Below, in pieces: positions 32,591 to 46,191 of a DNA stretch of 64,000 bases (positions are counted from its first letter, which is position 1; every line of letters starts with the position of its first letter). The notes beneath the pieces were generated by a model, which saw only the letters and a list, made by a program, of their open reading frames with translations, was not told where the DNA came from and searched no databases. This stretch comes from Opitutales bacterium (GTDB lineage Bacteria; Verrucomicrobiota; Verrucomicrobiia; Opitutales; UBA2987), in the NCBI GenBank assembly GCA_965226885.1, contig CBDDEL010000016.1:384001-448000 (forward strand). Direction: 5' to 3'. Position numbers and translations under genes: made by a program.

Positions 32591-32605
32591 CCGCCAATGG
32601 TTTTC

Positions 32606-34435
32606 CTATTCGGTTTCTTCTTCATTTCGGGATGAGAATACCGGTTGGATATAGAGAGAACTCTCCAATTCGTACCGCTTTTCGGATTCGTTGTCGCCCT
32701 GCCAGCGGCGCACGTCGAAGAAGCTCACATAAAGCATCATTGAAAAAAGCAAAATCATGAAAATTCCCTGGGCACCGGCCACCAGATTGGGGGGAAGCGC
32801 CTTTCCGCGCAGCTTGGCCAGGGTGGCGAAAACGATGTGCCCGCCGTCCAGCACCGGGATGGGTAAAAGGTTCAAAATGGCAAGGTTGATATTGAGCAGG
32901 CAGGTGAACCAGATGACCAATCGTACATCAATCATGGAAAAGGTGTGCAGAACCCGCACGATGCCCGGTGGCCCGCTCAAATTGCGGATGCTGATATCGG
33001 ACTTGGGGCTGACCAGACTACCGAGCACCTGTAAGGTGGTTTTGAAAATGCTGACGAATTGTTCAACTGGATTTACGCGAATGATTATGGAACGGCTCTT
33101 GAATCCGAATCCCATCATGGGAGTTTCTCTGGAAGGCAGGATTTCCGCCTTTGCTTCCCCCAGGATAGCCAATGACCGGGAATAATCGCCGTTCTCGATG
33201 GTAAGGTTGAGGTTTTCCGTACTTTCATCGTTAATCTTCCCAATGAATGCGTTTAATGAAGTAACTTCCATGCCGTTTATACGGCGGAGGGCTTCTCCCG
33301 GTTCCAGGTTTCCGAATACAAATCCGGTGCGGTCCTCGACCTCGTGAACCTTGAGCGTGGAAGGCGTATTGAGGTCGGCTGGAGAACCCCTGCTCCCATT
33401 TTCGTAAAACGGCTGTACAAGAAGACTGGCCCGGCGATTGCCGTCCTCAACCAACAATTTACCCAAGGGCTTGGTCCGCGCCACCATCTGCGCTTTCAGG
33501 GAGACCTCGAAGACCTCCGAGCCGCGTTCAATCGATAATCGCACCGGTTCCTCTTTTTTTTCCTGTAAGTGGTAAACCAGGGCAGCAAAACTATACAACT
33601 TTTTCCCATCGGCGGAGATTATCCGGTCGTCCTCCCTCAGGCCGGCCCAATCAGCGGGGGATCCTTCCTGAATGGTGCGAATTCTGAGTGAATGGGCCGG
33701 GGAGATTCCTACGAGACGCATGCGGTCACGGGAAACAGAGTTTACTTCGGACAGCCTCGGATACACCACGATGTCCTCAGCTTCACCATTTCTTTCGATG
33801 GTGAATATCGCCTTTGGATTACCGTCCGAATCGCGCCCCGAGCCGGTAAAAATGGAATGCTGCATCTCGGAGAAATTGGAGACTTTGACGCCGTCGATGC
33901 GCAGCACTTTATCACCCTCTTGCAGCCCAGCGACGAAAGCCGGACCGGGGACTTCGTTATTTTCATCGAGTTGCACCACCGGCTCCACGAATCCGATGAT
34001 CACGGATTGGGCGTCCTCACTGCTGGGCTGCCCAAATACCCACAGTACGCAGGCCAGGAAAAAGGCAAATATAATGTTAAAGACGGCCCCCATGACGGCG
34101 ACGATGACCTTGTCCGTATAACTGATGGGTGGCAGTTTTTCGGCCCCCTCCTCGCCGCCGCCTTCGATGCCGCCCATATCGGCCAATTGGGGCAAAGCCA
34201 CATAACCGCCCAGCGGAAGGGCCGAAATGCGGTAATCGACGCCGTCGCGCGTCCAGCCGAATATTTTTGGCCCGAAACCTATGGAGAAGCGATCGATTTT
34301 CAATCCCCGGCGGCGGGCCGCCAGGAAATGCCCCATCTCGTGAACGAAGATCGATCCTCCAAAAAAGAAGAATATGAGAAAGACGGCCCAGAAATTGGTA
34401 AAAATCTGGCTGATGAATGAGGGATCAGAATTCAT
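32606..34435 (-). CDS. rseP: RIP metalloprotease RseP (PDZ-containing site-2 protease)
   Basis: HEMGH, FSIGFGP, PLGGYV, NLLPIPVLDGGH. Confidence 0.94.
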   Translation of the reverse strand: MNSDPSFISQIFTNFWAVFLIFFFFGGSIFVHEMGHFLAARRRGLKIDRFSIGFGPKIFGWTRDGVDYRISALPLGGYVALPQLADMGGIEGGGEEGAEKLPPISYTDKVIVAVMGAVFNIIFAFFLACVLWVFGQPSSEDAQSVIIGFVEPVVQLDENNEVPGPAFVAGLQEGDKVLRIDGVKVSNFSEMQHSIFTGSGRDSDGNPKAIFTIERNGEAEDIVVYPRLSEVNSVSRDRMRLVGISPAHSLRIRTIQEGSPADWAGLREDDRIISADGKKLYSFAALVYHLQEKKEEPVRLSIERGSEVFEVSLKAQMVARTKPLGKLLVEDGNRRASLLVQPFYENGSRGSPADLNTPSTLKVHEVEDRTGFVFGNLEPGEALRRINGMEVTSLNAFIGKINDESTENLNLTIENGDYSRSLAILGEAKAEILPSRETPMMGFGFKSRSIIIRVNPVEQFVSIFKTTLQVLGSLVSPKSDISIRNLSGPPGIVRVLHTFSMIDVRLVIWFTCLLNINLAILNLLPIPVLDGGHIVFATLAKLRGKALPPNLVAGAQGIFMILLFSMMLYVSFFDVRRWQGDNESEKRYELESSLYIQPVFSSRNEEETE

Positions 34436-35594
34436 GTTTTTTGATCAAATCTCTGCTCATGCGGCGGGCGGAACGATCGGCTTCCAGGACCTCTGGCAGA
34501 CTGTCGGGTTCAAAATTTTCTACTTTGCGTAGGGTACGGTCGATCAATTCGCCAATGCCGAGGTAGCTGATTTGCTTGCCCAGAAAAGCTTCCACGGCAA
34601 CCTCGTTGGCGGCGTTGAAAATCGCCGGCGCAGCCCCGGCCGCCTCCATGGCCTCGCGAGCCAGCCGCAGGCATGGAAACTTCTTCAGGTCCGGGGGAAT
34701 AAATTCGAGGTTCATGGATTTTTCAAAGGTCAATGTTTTTTCTACCCCAGGTTTTCTTTCCGGGTAAAGCAGGACGTGCTGTATGGCAAATGTCATGGAG
34801 GGTGGAGAAAGTTGAGCCAGAATGGAACCGTCCACATATTCCACCATGGAGTGAACGATGCTCTGCGGATGGATGACCACCTTAATCTGCTCGGGTTCCA
34901 TCCCAAACAGCCACCGCGCCTCGATCAGCTCCAATCCTTTGTTAGCCATAGTGGAAGAATCCACCGTGATTTTGGTCCCCATCGACCAATTGGGATGCTT
35001 GAGCGCATCTTCCGTAGTGATGGCGCCCATCTCCTCAAGGGAAAAATTGCGGAAGGGACCTCCCGAAGCGGTCAGGATAATACGTTCCACCTCATGACCG
35101 GGAGCGCCGTTGAGGCATTGGAAAACGGCGTTGTGCTCGCTGTCAACGGGCAGGACCTGCACCCCCTGGGCCTTGGCCGCGGCCATAACGAACTTTCCCG
35201 CCAGGACCAGCACTTCCTTGCTCGCCAGGGCGATCTCTTTACCTGCCTCAATTGCCGCCAAGGTAGGGTGCAGCCCCATGGTTCCGACCACCGCCACCAC
35301 GACCATATCCGCTTCGGGCAAACTAGCCAGCCGATTGAGGCCTTCGATTCCCGATGAAAGATTCACATCCTGGTGAAAAAGCCCCGATTTGCGGGCCTGG
35401 GCGCAGGTTTCCTCGTCAAACAGGGCAACATGGCGCAGCCCGAATTCCCTGGCAATGGCAGCCAATGGTTCGGCCCGGCTCCCCCCGGCGATGCCCACCA
35501 GTTCCAGGTGGTCGGAGTTGGCCCGAATGACACGCAGGGAATTTTCCCCGATCGATCCGGTGGCTCCCAGCAGCACGATGCCTTTTTTGCTCAT
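34425..35594 (-). CDS. dxr: 1-deoxy-D-xylulose-5-phosphate reductoisomerase
   Basis: LGATGSIG, LPVDSEHNA, TASGGPF, HPNWSMG.KITVDS..MANKGLE. Confidence 0.97.
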   Translation of the reverse strand: MSKKGIVLLGATGSIGENSLRVIRANSDHLELVGIAGGSRAEPLAAIAREFGLRHVALFDEETCAQARKSGLFHQDVNLSSGIEGLNRLASLPEADMVVVAVVGTMGLHPTLAAIEAGKEIALASKEVLVLAGKFVMAAAKAQGVQVLPVDSEHNAVFQCLNGAPGHEVERIILTASGGPFRNFSLEEMGAITTEDALKHPNWSMGTKITVDSSTMANKGLELIEARWLFGMEPEQIKVVIHPQSIVHSMVEYVDGSILAQLSPPSMTFAIQHVLLYPERKPGVEKTLTFEKSMNLEFIPPDLKKFPCLRLAREAMEAAGAAPAIFNAANEVAVEAFLGKQISYLGIGELIDRTLRKVENFEPDSLPEVLEADRSARRMSRDLIKKHEF

Positions 35595-35606
35595 TCTATC
35601 CCTGAA

Positions 35607-36416
35607 TTAAATCAGAATAATGAGAAGCAGCATGTAGCCAACCGGAGCGCCTAATAGTATGCTGTCCACGAGGTCGAAGGCCCCGCCGATACCGGGGATG
35701 AATTTCCCAGAATCCTTGACCCTGGCCTGCCGCTTGATAATGGACTCAATCAAATCGGAGACCACCGCCATAATCCCGAGGGGGATGGCAGCCAGTCCGG
35801 CCTTCCACCAAAGAAAGCTTTCCGGCAGGGCGAAACCAAAAACAACAGCGTAAAGCGCGCTCACGATAACCGCCAGAGTGACCCCGCCGATGGCTCCTTC
35901 CCAGGTTTTGGCGGGACTGACTTTCGGAGCCAGCTTGGTGCGCCCGAATTTCATGCCCACCAGCAAAGCCCCCACATCGGTGAATTTAAGAGTGGCGACA
36001 ATCCAGATAGCGAGAAATGTTCCACTCATCTCCGATTCGCAAAGGCGTGTGGCCTGGATCAGAAATTGCAGCAAGTAGGGCACAAATAAAATCCCGAACA
36101 GGGTTGCCATGAGAGAATTAAGAGCGCGCGCCCCCTTAACACGAGTAAATGCTCCGCAAGAACAGATGGCCACAGAGAGGGCGAAGAAAGAATACTCAGG
36201 CAAATAATATGAGCCCACAATTATCAGGAAACCACAGAAAAGTCCCAGCTTTCGCAGGCTGTGAAACCCGATTTTTCCCATCAACTGGTAAAGCTCCTCC
36301 TGGGATAATAGAGCCAGCAAGGCCAGCAGCCAGACTCCAGCCTCGATTCCGAGCCAGATCAGGGTCAGGATCACCAACGACCACAACCCCAGAGTGCTTG
36401 CCAGTCGTTTTGTCAC
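35607..36416 (-). CDS. cdsA: phosphatidate cytidylyltransferase
   Basis: SPAKTWEG, DLIES.IKR...VKDSG..IPG.GG..D..DS. GTG start overlaps the uppS stop. Confidence 0.92.
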   Translation of the reverse strand: MTKRLASTLGLWSLVILTLIWLGIEAGVWLLALLALLSQEELYQLMGKIGFHSLRKLGLFCGFLIIVGSYYLPEYSFFALSVAICSCGAFTRVKGARALNSLMATLFGILFVPYLLQFLIQATRLCESEMSGTFLAIWIVATLKFTDVGALLVGMKFGRTKLAPKVSPAKTWEGAIGGVTLAVIVSALYAVVFGFALPESFLWWKAGLAAIPLGIMAVVSDLIESIIKRQARVKDSGKFIPGIGGAFDLVDSILLGAPVGYMLLLIILI

Positions 36417-37183
36417 CGGTTTAAAGCTGGCTCCTCGGGGTTGCGCCGCACCTGGGCCCCTGTTTTTCCGAAACGACGCTCGCGCTTCCAGTAGAAATCC
36501 ACCGCGGCCCTGAAGTCGTCCGGGCTGAAATCGGGCCACAGGGTGGGCGTAAAATACATTTCCGCGTAGGCGCTTTGCAGCAAGAGGAAGTTGCTCAGCC
36601 GGTTTTCTCCCGAAGTGCGGATGATGAGGTCGGGATCGGGCAAACCCGCGGTGGCCAAATATTGGGCAAAGGCCGGCCAGTCCAGATTATCTATTTCGGC
36701 TTCACCCGACCGGATCGCCGAGGCATAAGCTTTTACCGCATCAATCACTTCGTCACGCGCCCCATAGTTAAGTGCCAGGACGAGGGTTTGCCCGGAAAAA
36801 TGGGACGTTTTTTCTATAACCTCCTCCAGGGCCAGACGAACTTTTTTAGGAAGCTTGTCCGTTCGCCCAATGGTCCGCAGGCGCACCCGCTTCTCCAATA
36901 GGGTGGCCAGTTCGCGATGTAAAAAACGTTCCAGCAGGTGCATCAAGGCATTGATCTCTGAATGGGGCCTCTTCCAATTTTCGACCGAAAAAGCATAGAG
37001 GGTCAGATACCGAATGCCGATATCACCAGCGCACTCGACAATTCCGCGAACGTTTCGTACACCCCGCCGATGCCCTTCAATTCGCGGAAGGCCCCGATTG
37101 ACCGCCCACCGGCCATTGCCGTCCATAATGATGGCGACATGTTCCGGCGGGATGTTGGGATTATTATTTGTAGGTTCGGGCAC
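36413..37183 (-). CDS. uppS: undecaprenyl diphosphate synthase (isoprenyl transferase)
   Basis: HVAIIMDGNGRWA, YAFSVENWKRP, DLIIRTSGENRLSNFLL.Q. Confidence 0.96.
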   Translation of the reverse strand: MPEPTNNNPNIPPEHVAIIMDGNGRWAVNRGLPRIEGHRRGVRNVRGIVECAGDIGIRYLTLYAFSVENWKRPHSEINALMHLLERFLHRELATLLEKRVRLRTIGRTDKLPKKVRLALEEVIEKTSHFSGQTLVLALNYGARDEVIDAVKAYASAIRSGEAEIDNLDWPAFAQYLATAGLPDPDLIIRTSGENRLSNFLLLQSAYAEMYFTPTLWPDFSPDDFRAAVDFYWKRERRFGKTGAQVRRNPEEPALNR

Positions 37184-37424
37184 TGCGATGGAGTTTTAAA
37201 ATGAGGGATTTTGTAAAGTTTTGATAAAAGTAAGGAGTGGCCGGGAATTGGTTGATCTCATGTCCAATAAATCCACCCAATTCTGCGGCAACCTTCAACC
37301 TTTTAGCCATCGCAGGAAAAAGGCAAAACGAAAAGGAGACCCCCTTCGGGCAGTTTTAGAGGTCATGGAAGCATAATTTCCATTTATCGGTCAAAAAATT
37401 GACATCTGCAAACATATCATCAAA

Positions 37425-37721
37425 ATGGATGCTAATATGACGTCTGCTTTATCCGGGGAAGAAATTGAAACGGCGTTGGCCGGTTTGCCGGGCTGGCAAC
37501 TGCAAGAGGACAAGATATCCAAGTCCTACCGGTTCAAGGATTTTCGGGAGGCGATGTCTTTTCTCCTGCGGGTGGCTTTCGAGGCCGAGGCCCTCAACCA
37601 CCATCCCGAGCTGTTCAATGTTTACAATAACGTGGAGGTGAGCCTGAACACCCACGAAGCCGGCGGCAAAGTAACAGCCAAAGATATTGTCCTGGCCGGA
37701 AAAATCGAGGATTTGACTTGA
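37425..37721 (+). CDS. phhB: pterin-4-alpha-carbinolamine dehydratase
   Basis: F.DF.EAM.F...VA..AE..NHHPE...VYN.V...L.TH..GG..T.KD. True start may be ATG 37437. Confidence 0.9.
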   Translation: MDANMTSALSGEEIETALAGLPGWQLQEDKISKSYRFKDFREAMSFLLRVAFEAEALNHHPELFNVYNNVEVSLNTHEAGGKVTAKDIVLAGKIEDLT

Positions 37722-37826
37722 ATCCCAAAACCTTTCCCCGAAATGGTCCTAATTTCGGATCAAGCCCCTTATACGGTTTGATCGCCGGACCTTTTGCAGT
37801 CTTTTCATCCAACGCCAAATTAATAG

Positions 37827-39182
<1,356 letters not shown>

Positions 39183-39457
39183 AAGCACAACAGATTTTTA
39201 GATTTTTTTGTCGGGTTCTTTCACAAATCCAAAACGTTATTGATCTCATAAAATATGCATTATAAGCGTCGATCTCTTTGTATCTCCTCCGACTCCTGTG
39301 AAACTTTTGGGTAATTAGAGGCTGTCCCAAAAATATAAAGATTTTATAGTCAACTGGATGACGTTGATAAAAAGAGCCGGAAAGAGCAAGTTTTTGCTCG
39401 ATCCGGCCAAAAAAGGGTTCTATAATTGAGTTAGCGAAAATCAATATAGCCCTTTCT

Positions 39458-40939
39458 ATGAAAAATATAGCCATCCAATGCCTCCTGCGTCCAGCCTTAA
39501 CTGTGGTCGACCGGTGCCTCGATTACGATAACTTCCGCGCCACCATTGATCGAATCGATCGGCTGCTGATCGACTCGGAGGTGGAATCGCAGGCCATTGA
39601 GCTGGCCTTGGAGGGGTGGCCGCCAATGGGTCTAAAGGCCCGGCGGCAGCGGGCCAGTTTTGCCATCAAGGCACTGCGCATGGATACGCTGGGCCGTCTG
39701 CTCGGAGGGATTTCGTTTCGGCATTTGTCGCGGGCTCTGGGCAGCAGCGATCTGTTGGCCGACTTTTGCCGTGTCCGGCAGATCGATGGCATCAGGGGCA
39801 TCTCCAAAAGCACCCTGGAGCGGGCCTCGAAGTTTTTCAGCGAAGAGCAGTTGAGGGCCTTGCACCGGACCTTGACTGAGGTGGTGGGCGATGCCCTTCT
39901 GGCCCGGCAGGTGGGATTGGACAAGCCGATTGACACCACCATTTGCCTGATCGACGGCACCTGTTTGGAGGCTAACATTCATTGGCCGACGGACTGGGTA
40001 TTACTCAAGGATGTAGCCGGCACGTTGCTCAAAGCGATCCGGCTGATCCGCGAGAAGGCCGGTTTGCGCCATCGCATGCCGATCGAACCGGAGCCCTTGG
40101 CTCGGCAGATGAATCGGCTGTGCATACAGATGACCCACAGCCGGCGGCGAAAGGACAGCGCGCGGCAGCGCAAGGGTATCTTGAGGCAGATGAAAAAGCT
40201 GCTCAAACGGATCGGGGAGCATGCCCGCAGTCACCGGGAATTATTGCAAGCCTGCTGGGAGCAAGGCGATTACAGCGAAAAACAGGTCCAACAGATCCTC
40301 GCCCGGATGGAGCGCATGAGCGAGCAAATCCCGGTGGTCATCAAACAGGCGCACGAGCGGATCATTGGCGGCCGCCAGGTGAAAAACGCAGAGAAAGTCT
40401 TGAGTGTTTACGAACTCGATGGGCAGGTGATTGTGCGAGGTAAAGCGGGCCAAGAGGTCGAGTTCGGCAACACCCTGTTTTTGGGAGAAAGCGTTGAAGG
40501 GTACCTGCTGGACTGGAAACTCTACGGCAGCCGAACTCCAAGCGAAAATGAACAAATGCAAGAGAGTTTGCAAAGACAGAACCGCTTCAACCTGGAAGAA
40601 CCCATAGCGGCCATGTGCGCGGACCGGGGATTTGCCTCCCAGCGGGCCCGCCGGCAGTTAGCCCAGGAGGGAATCTACGACGCGCTCTGTCCACGCGATC
40701 CGAAGCAGTTGAAAAAACGGATGGAGGAACCACTGTTCAGACAATTGCAAAAGCGCCGGGCCAGCACCGAAGGGCGGATCGGGGTATTGAAGAATCGCTG
40801 GCAGGCCGGGCGGTTGCGCAGCAAAGGCTTTGCCAACCGCTCGATCAGCGTAGCCTGGTCGGTACTCTCGCACAACCTATGGAAAGTAGCCAAGATGCTG
40901 GCCCAGCAAGACGAACTAAAAACCAAAGCGGCGGCCTAG
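39458..40939 (+). CDS. IS5-family-like DDE transposase (493 aa)
   Basis: IDGTCLEANIHWPTD, KVLS..E...IVRGKAG.EVEFG, ADRGF, RAS.EGRIG.LK. Exact family unverified. Confidence 0.85.
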   Translation: MKNIAIQCLLRPALTVVDRCLDYDNFRATIDRIDRLLIDSEVESQAIELALEGWPPMGLKARRQRASFAIKALRMDTLGRLLGGISFRHLSRALGSSDLLADFCRVRQIDGIRGISKSTLERASKFFSEEQLRALHRTLTEVVGDALLARQVGLDKPIDTTICLIDGTCLEANIHWPTDWVLLKDVAGTLLKAIRLIREKAGLRHRMPIEPEPLARQMNRLCIQMTHSRRRKDSARQRKGILRQMKKLLKRIGEHARSHRELLQACWEQGDYSEKQVQQILARMERMSEQIPVVIKQAHERIIGGRQVKNAEKVLSVYELDGQVIVRGKAGQEVEFGNTLFLGESVEGYLLDWKLYGSRTPSENEQMQESLQRQNRFNLEEPIAAMCADRGFASQRARRQLAQEGIYDALCPRDPKQLKKRMEEPLFRQLQKRRASTEGRIGVLKNRWQAGRLRSKGFANRSISVAWSVLSHNLWKVAKMLAQQDELKTKAAA

Positions 40940-42508
40940 CCCGGATATTTCATGAAGGGTAAAGTTTGGCTCGTTATTGCTATTGGAGATGGATTTCTTT
41001 GTATTTTGAGCAGATCGTCTTGATTTTTAGGTGTTTTTCAGGGTGTAGAGACACTGCCCCCTTTCCCCCATTGGTTCGGTAGTGCCGGGGGCAGCACCAA
41101 TGCACCCTTTAGGTTGGCACCAATCGGCGGGCCGCATGGTTGAAAAGACTGGCCCAAGGATAACTCTCACTTAGGTGAAAGTGAATCGTTCGGGTGTTGC
41201 GCACGATGACCGCTCCGATCTTGATTAATTTGAGCCGCAGGGTGTGGCATTGGGCCCGCGCCCACTTCGTCCCTTTTAAGGCTAACCGGCGCATGGCTTC
41301 CATCAAGGTGTAGGCCAGCGCCGACAAGAGCAATCGCCACTGATTGGCCCACCATTGATGGGCGCTGGTGCGCTCGCTGAACAATTGCATCTGTTCCTTG
41401 ATTCGGTTCTCCATTTCACCGCGGCCACAGTATACCTTGTCGTAAAGCTCCTGGGGATCGCCCGGCAGGTTCGTCACCACGAAGCGCGGGTTGGACCCCT
41501 GTGCGGTGTGTTCGGCTTTATGGATGACCAACCGCAGCCATCGCCACGAATCGGCAGCATAGACGAAGTCCTGGAATAACCGTTGTTTTTTACCCCTTAG
41601 TTCGAACCATTCTTTGGCCTGCTTTTGCAACTGCTGGGCGTCTTGCTGCAAGCGTGCATTGCGAGCCATCCCCACGATGTAACTAACTTCGTTGCGGTCG
41701 CACCAAGAGAGTATCCGGTCTCGACAAAATCCACTGTCGGCGCGCCAAATAATCCGCGTACGGGGCCAGCTTTGGCGAATCCGTTTAACCAGCAATTTGA
41801 GGATGGCCCCGGCATGCTTGCTGGCATCGATCTTGCTCGGCCGCAGGTAGGCCACCAGCAGCTGATCACCGCAAAAAACATATAGCGGCAGAAAACAGTA
41901 ATGATCATAATAACCGTGGAAAAAACGTCCCTCCTGGAGCCCGTGCACCGGATTGTCGGTGGCGTCAAAGTCCAGGATGATCTCTTCGGGTTCCTCGGCA
42001 AAGGAGCCCATGAACTGTTCGACCAACAGCTCGTTTACCGCAAAGGCCGCCCGCCGATCCTGCCCGTTTTCAAAACGACACACAGTCGGCGCGCTGGCCA
42101 ACGTTTCAATGCGCCCCGTTACCGTTTGCTAACAATGGATCGTGGCGCAGGGTATCAAAGTTCGTTCAAATCCTCATAGCCCGCCACCAGCCCGTAAACG
42201 CGCTGCCGCAGCATCCCCAATACCTCATGGCGTACTTTGCCCTTCTGCCGTTTGTCCACTAACTGTCGGGCCGCTCGTTCGGTCAAGCCCAACTGCCGAT
42301 CCACTTCCCGGATCAAAAGCAGTCCGGCATCCGAAGTAACCTCTCCGCCCTTGAAATCAACCCGCACACGGCGGCCTTTTACCCTTGTCAACTGTAGCTT
42401 TAATTGTTTACCTTTTGTCATCGCTGATATTGCTTTAATTATTGATCTATCCTGCTGTATATCAGCAGTTAAGCATATCAACGATACTTTTTTTACGAAA
42501 TATCCGGG
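40940..42508 (-). mobile_element. IS1380-family element, copy A4 (1569 bp)
   Basis: TSD CTAG, two single-base insertions relative to intact copies. Confidence 0.95.
41109..42421 (-). pseudogene. IS1380-family transposase, frameshifted
   Basis: +1 insertions near 42130 and 42161 split the ORF. Confidence 0.85.
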
Positions 42509-43381
42509 CTAGAGAGCGGGCTAGAGAGCGGAAAAGCAAGGACAATACTTTTTCACAGCCGTACTGTCGGCTCATACAAAGAAAACCAGGCAACCGGACC
42601 CCAAAACCAGTATCCTAACGTCATAGGAGAGCAAAGTTGATACTCTCCCAAATGCAAATACCTCTAAAATGAGCGCCTATCAAAAGCCCTCGCAAAAATC
42701 ACCCTTTTGGGACAGCCTCTATATATTGATAAAATTATCGACCACTGGAGCTTTCGAGTGTATTTTGCTCCTTTTCATGAGAATCAGGATTTTGGTTTTA
42801 CAAGGCCAAATGGGGGTTTGGATAAATATTATCAAAATTACGCCGTAATTTCTCCCCATATTTTCCTTCTTCCCACGCAAATTTGTCCTTCAATTTAAGA
42901 TGATTGGAAAAAGGATTTTCCTTCCTTAATTTTTGAAGAAGAGGCCGATTTAATAATAACGGTTTTGTATGAAATACCTTTTCGCCATCATTCTTCTCAT
43001 ACTGCTTGCCGCCACCGCCCTTAATCACATTTCCCGTCCGGATGTGCGGAGCGACAAGCCGATCCTTTACTGGGTGACCAGCACCAATGAGGCCCGTCAG
43101 CAGCAAGTGAAGCAGTTCCACCAATGGATCGAGGATAACGGTTATCCGCCAATGGAATTGCGCATCGACAGCTCCAACCGGGATATTTCCAAAAAACTGA
43201 TTCAGGGTGTCTCGGGCGTGGGCGCAGACATTATCGACATGGTTCGGGACGAGCCCTGGCTGCTGGAGTCCACCGGGATGCTCGAAGACCTCACCGAGCT
43301 GGCTGCCCAACACGGGTTCGGGCCCGACAAGACCTGGGAAGCGAAATATCCCTCCGTCATCATAAACGGGGCGCAGTATAG

Positions 43382-44183
43382 GGGAGTGTATAAAAAAAGA
43401 ATGTTATTTTGTATTTTTAGCTGTACAAATAGCGTTAGGCAGTTTATTCTTAGTGCATGGTTACTAAAATTATTAATTGTCGGCACTGTGGAAGTGAAAA
43501 TATCATTAAATTTGGCAAGACGCCCAACCATAAACAGCGCTACCGCTGCCATGATTGTGGTAAACAAAGCCGCGAAAACCCCACAGTGAAATACACCGAA
43601 GAGCAAAAAGAAATGATCCTTCGAGTCTATCAGGAACGCAGCAGTCTACGCGGTTTACAGCGCGCCTTCGGGGTGAGTCCCAACACCGTTTTGAGTTGGT
43701 TAAAAAAAACGACAATCGCTGCGACCGCTCAAAAGCACGATTCTTGCGGCCCGCCGCCATGATGTCATTGAACTGGACGAACTGTGGTCTTTTGTGGGGC
43801 GCAAGAGCGATGCCCAATGGGTTTGGATCGCTCTTTGCCGACGCACCCGTCAAATCCTCTCCTATGCCATTGGGCCTCGGGATTGGTATCGTTGCCGGGA
43901 ACTTTACGAGCGTCTGCCACGGGCCTACAAAAGATGTGCCACCTACAGCGACTTTTGGAGCACTTATGATGAAGTCTTTCCTCATAACCGATCCGTGGGA
44001 AAAGAAACCGGTGAAACGGCCCATGTGGAACGATGGAACAATACCCTGCGCCAACGACTGGGTCGTTTCACACGCAAAACCCTCTCCTTTTCCAAGCTTA
44101 AGAGTATGCATGAAACCTGTCTGAGACTTTTCATTCATCAATATAATCAAGAATTAGCCACCATTCCTACTTAATACACTACC
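43382..44183 (+). mobile_element. IS1-family element, copy D3
   Basis: 802 bp, TSD CAGTATAG, left end mutated (GGGAGTG). Confidence 0.94.
43457..44174 (+). CDS. IS1-family transposase InsA/InsB
   Basis: As copy D2. Confidence 0.9.
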
Positions 44184-44879
44184 CAGTATAGTTTCCCTAG
44201 CCCGGATATTTCGTAAAAAAAGTATCGTTGATATGCTTAACTGCTGATATACAGCAGGATAGATCAATAATTAAAGCAATATCAGCGATGACAAAAGGTA
44301 AACAATTAAAGCTACAGTTGACAAGGGTAAAAGGCCGCCGTGTGCGGGTTGATTTCAAGGGCGGAGAGGTTACTTCGGATGCCGGACTGCTTTTGATCCG
44401 GGAAGTGGATCGGCAGTTGGGCTTGACCGAACGAGCGGCCCGACAGTTAGTGGACAAACGGCAGAAGGGCAAAGTACGCCATGAGGTATTGGGGATGCTG
44501 CGGCAGCGCGTTTACGGGCTGGTGGCGGGCTATGAGGATTTGAACGACTTTGATACCCTGCGCCACGATCCATTGTTGCAAACGGTAACGGGGCGCATTG
44601 AAACGTTGGCCAGCGCGCCGACTTTGTGTCGTTTTGAAAACGGGCAGGATCGGCGGGCGGCCTTTGCGGTAAACGAGCTGTTGGTCGAACAGTTCATGGG
44701 CTCCTTTGCCGAGGAACCCGAAGAGATCATCCTGGACTTTGACGCCACCGACAATCCGGTGCACGGGCTCCAGGAGGGACGTTTTTTCCACGGTTATTAT
44801 GATCATTACTGTTTTCTGCCGCTATATGTTTTTTGCGGTGATCAGCTGCTGGTGGCCTACCTGCGGCCGAGCAAGATCG

Positions 44880-45681
44880 GGTAGTGTATAAAAAAAGAAT
44901 GTTATTTGGTATTTTTAGCTGTACAAATAGCGTTAGGCAGTTTATTCTTAGTGCATGGTTACTAAAATTATTAATTGTCGGCACTGTGGAAGTGAAAATA
45001 TCATTAAATTTGGCAAGACGCCCAACCATAAACAGCGCTACCGCTGCCATGATTGTGGTAAACAAAGCCGCGAAAACCCCACAGTGAAATACACCGAAGA
45101 GCAAAAAGAAATGATCCTTCGAGTCTATCAGGAACGCAGCAGTCTACGCGGTTTACAGCGCGCCTTCGGGGTGAGTCCCAACACCGTTTTGAGTTGGTTA
45201 AAAAAAACGACAATCGCTGCGACCGCTCAAAAGCACGATTCTTGCGGCCCGCCGCCATGATGTCATTGAACTGGACGAACTGTGGTCTTTTGTGGGGCGC
45301 AAGAGCGATGCCCAATGGGTTTGGATCGCTCTTTGCCGACGCACCCGTCAAATCCTCTCCTATGCCATTGGGCCTCGGGATTGGTATCGTTGCCGGGAAC
45401 TTTACGAGCGTCTGCCACGGGCCTACAAAAGATGTGCCACCTACAGCGACTTTTGGAGCACTTATGATGAAGTCTTTCCTCATAACCGATCCGTGGGAAA
45501 AGAAACCGGTGAAACGGCCCATGTGGAACGATGGAACAATACCCTGCGCCAACGACTGGGTCGTTTCACACGCAAAACCCTCTCCTTTTCCAAGCTTAAG
45601 AGTATGCATGAAACCTGTCTGAGACTTTTCATTCATCAATATAATCAAGAATTAGCCACCATTCTTACTTAATACACTACC
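44880..45681 (+). mobile_element. IS1-family element, copy D4
   Basis: 802 bp, TSD CAAGATCG. Confidence 0.95.
44955..45672 (+). CDS. IS1-family transposase InsA/InsB
   Basis: As copy D2. Confidence 0.9.
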
Positions 45682-46191
45682 CAAGATCGATGCCAGCAAG
45701 CATGCCGGGGCCATCCTCAAATTGCTGGTTAAACGGATTCGCCAAAGCTGGCCCCGTACGCGGATTATTTGGCGCGCCGACAGTGGATTTTGTCGAGACC
45801 GGATACTCTCTTGGTGCGACCGCAACGAAGTTAGTTACATCGTGGGGATGGCTCGCAATGCACGCTTGCAGCAAGACGCCCAGCAGTTGCAAAAGCAGGC
45901 CAAAGAATGGTTCGAACTAAGGGGTAAAAAACAACGGTTATTCCAGGACTTCGTCTATGCTGCCGATTCGTGGCGATGGCTGCGGTTGGTCATCCATAAA
46001 GCCGAACACACCGCACAGGGGTCCAACCCGCGCTTCGTGGTGACGAACCTGCCGGGCGATCCCCAGGAGCTTTACGACAAGGTATACTGTGGCCGCGGTG
46101 AAATGGAGAACCGAATCAAGGAACAGATGCAATTGTTCAGCGAGCGCACCAGCGCCCATCAATGGTGGGCCAATCAGTGGCGATTGCTCTT

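Larger units (their letters stand above)
39318..42719 (+). mobile_element. IS5-like element (~1.8 kb) with IS1380 nested at the transposase stop codon
   Basis: 15-bp perfect inverted ends GAGGCTGTCCCAAAA / TTTTGGGACAGCCTC, flanked by TA on both sides. Confidence 0.85.
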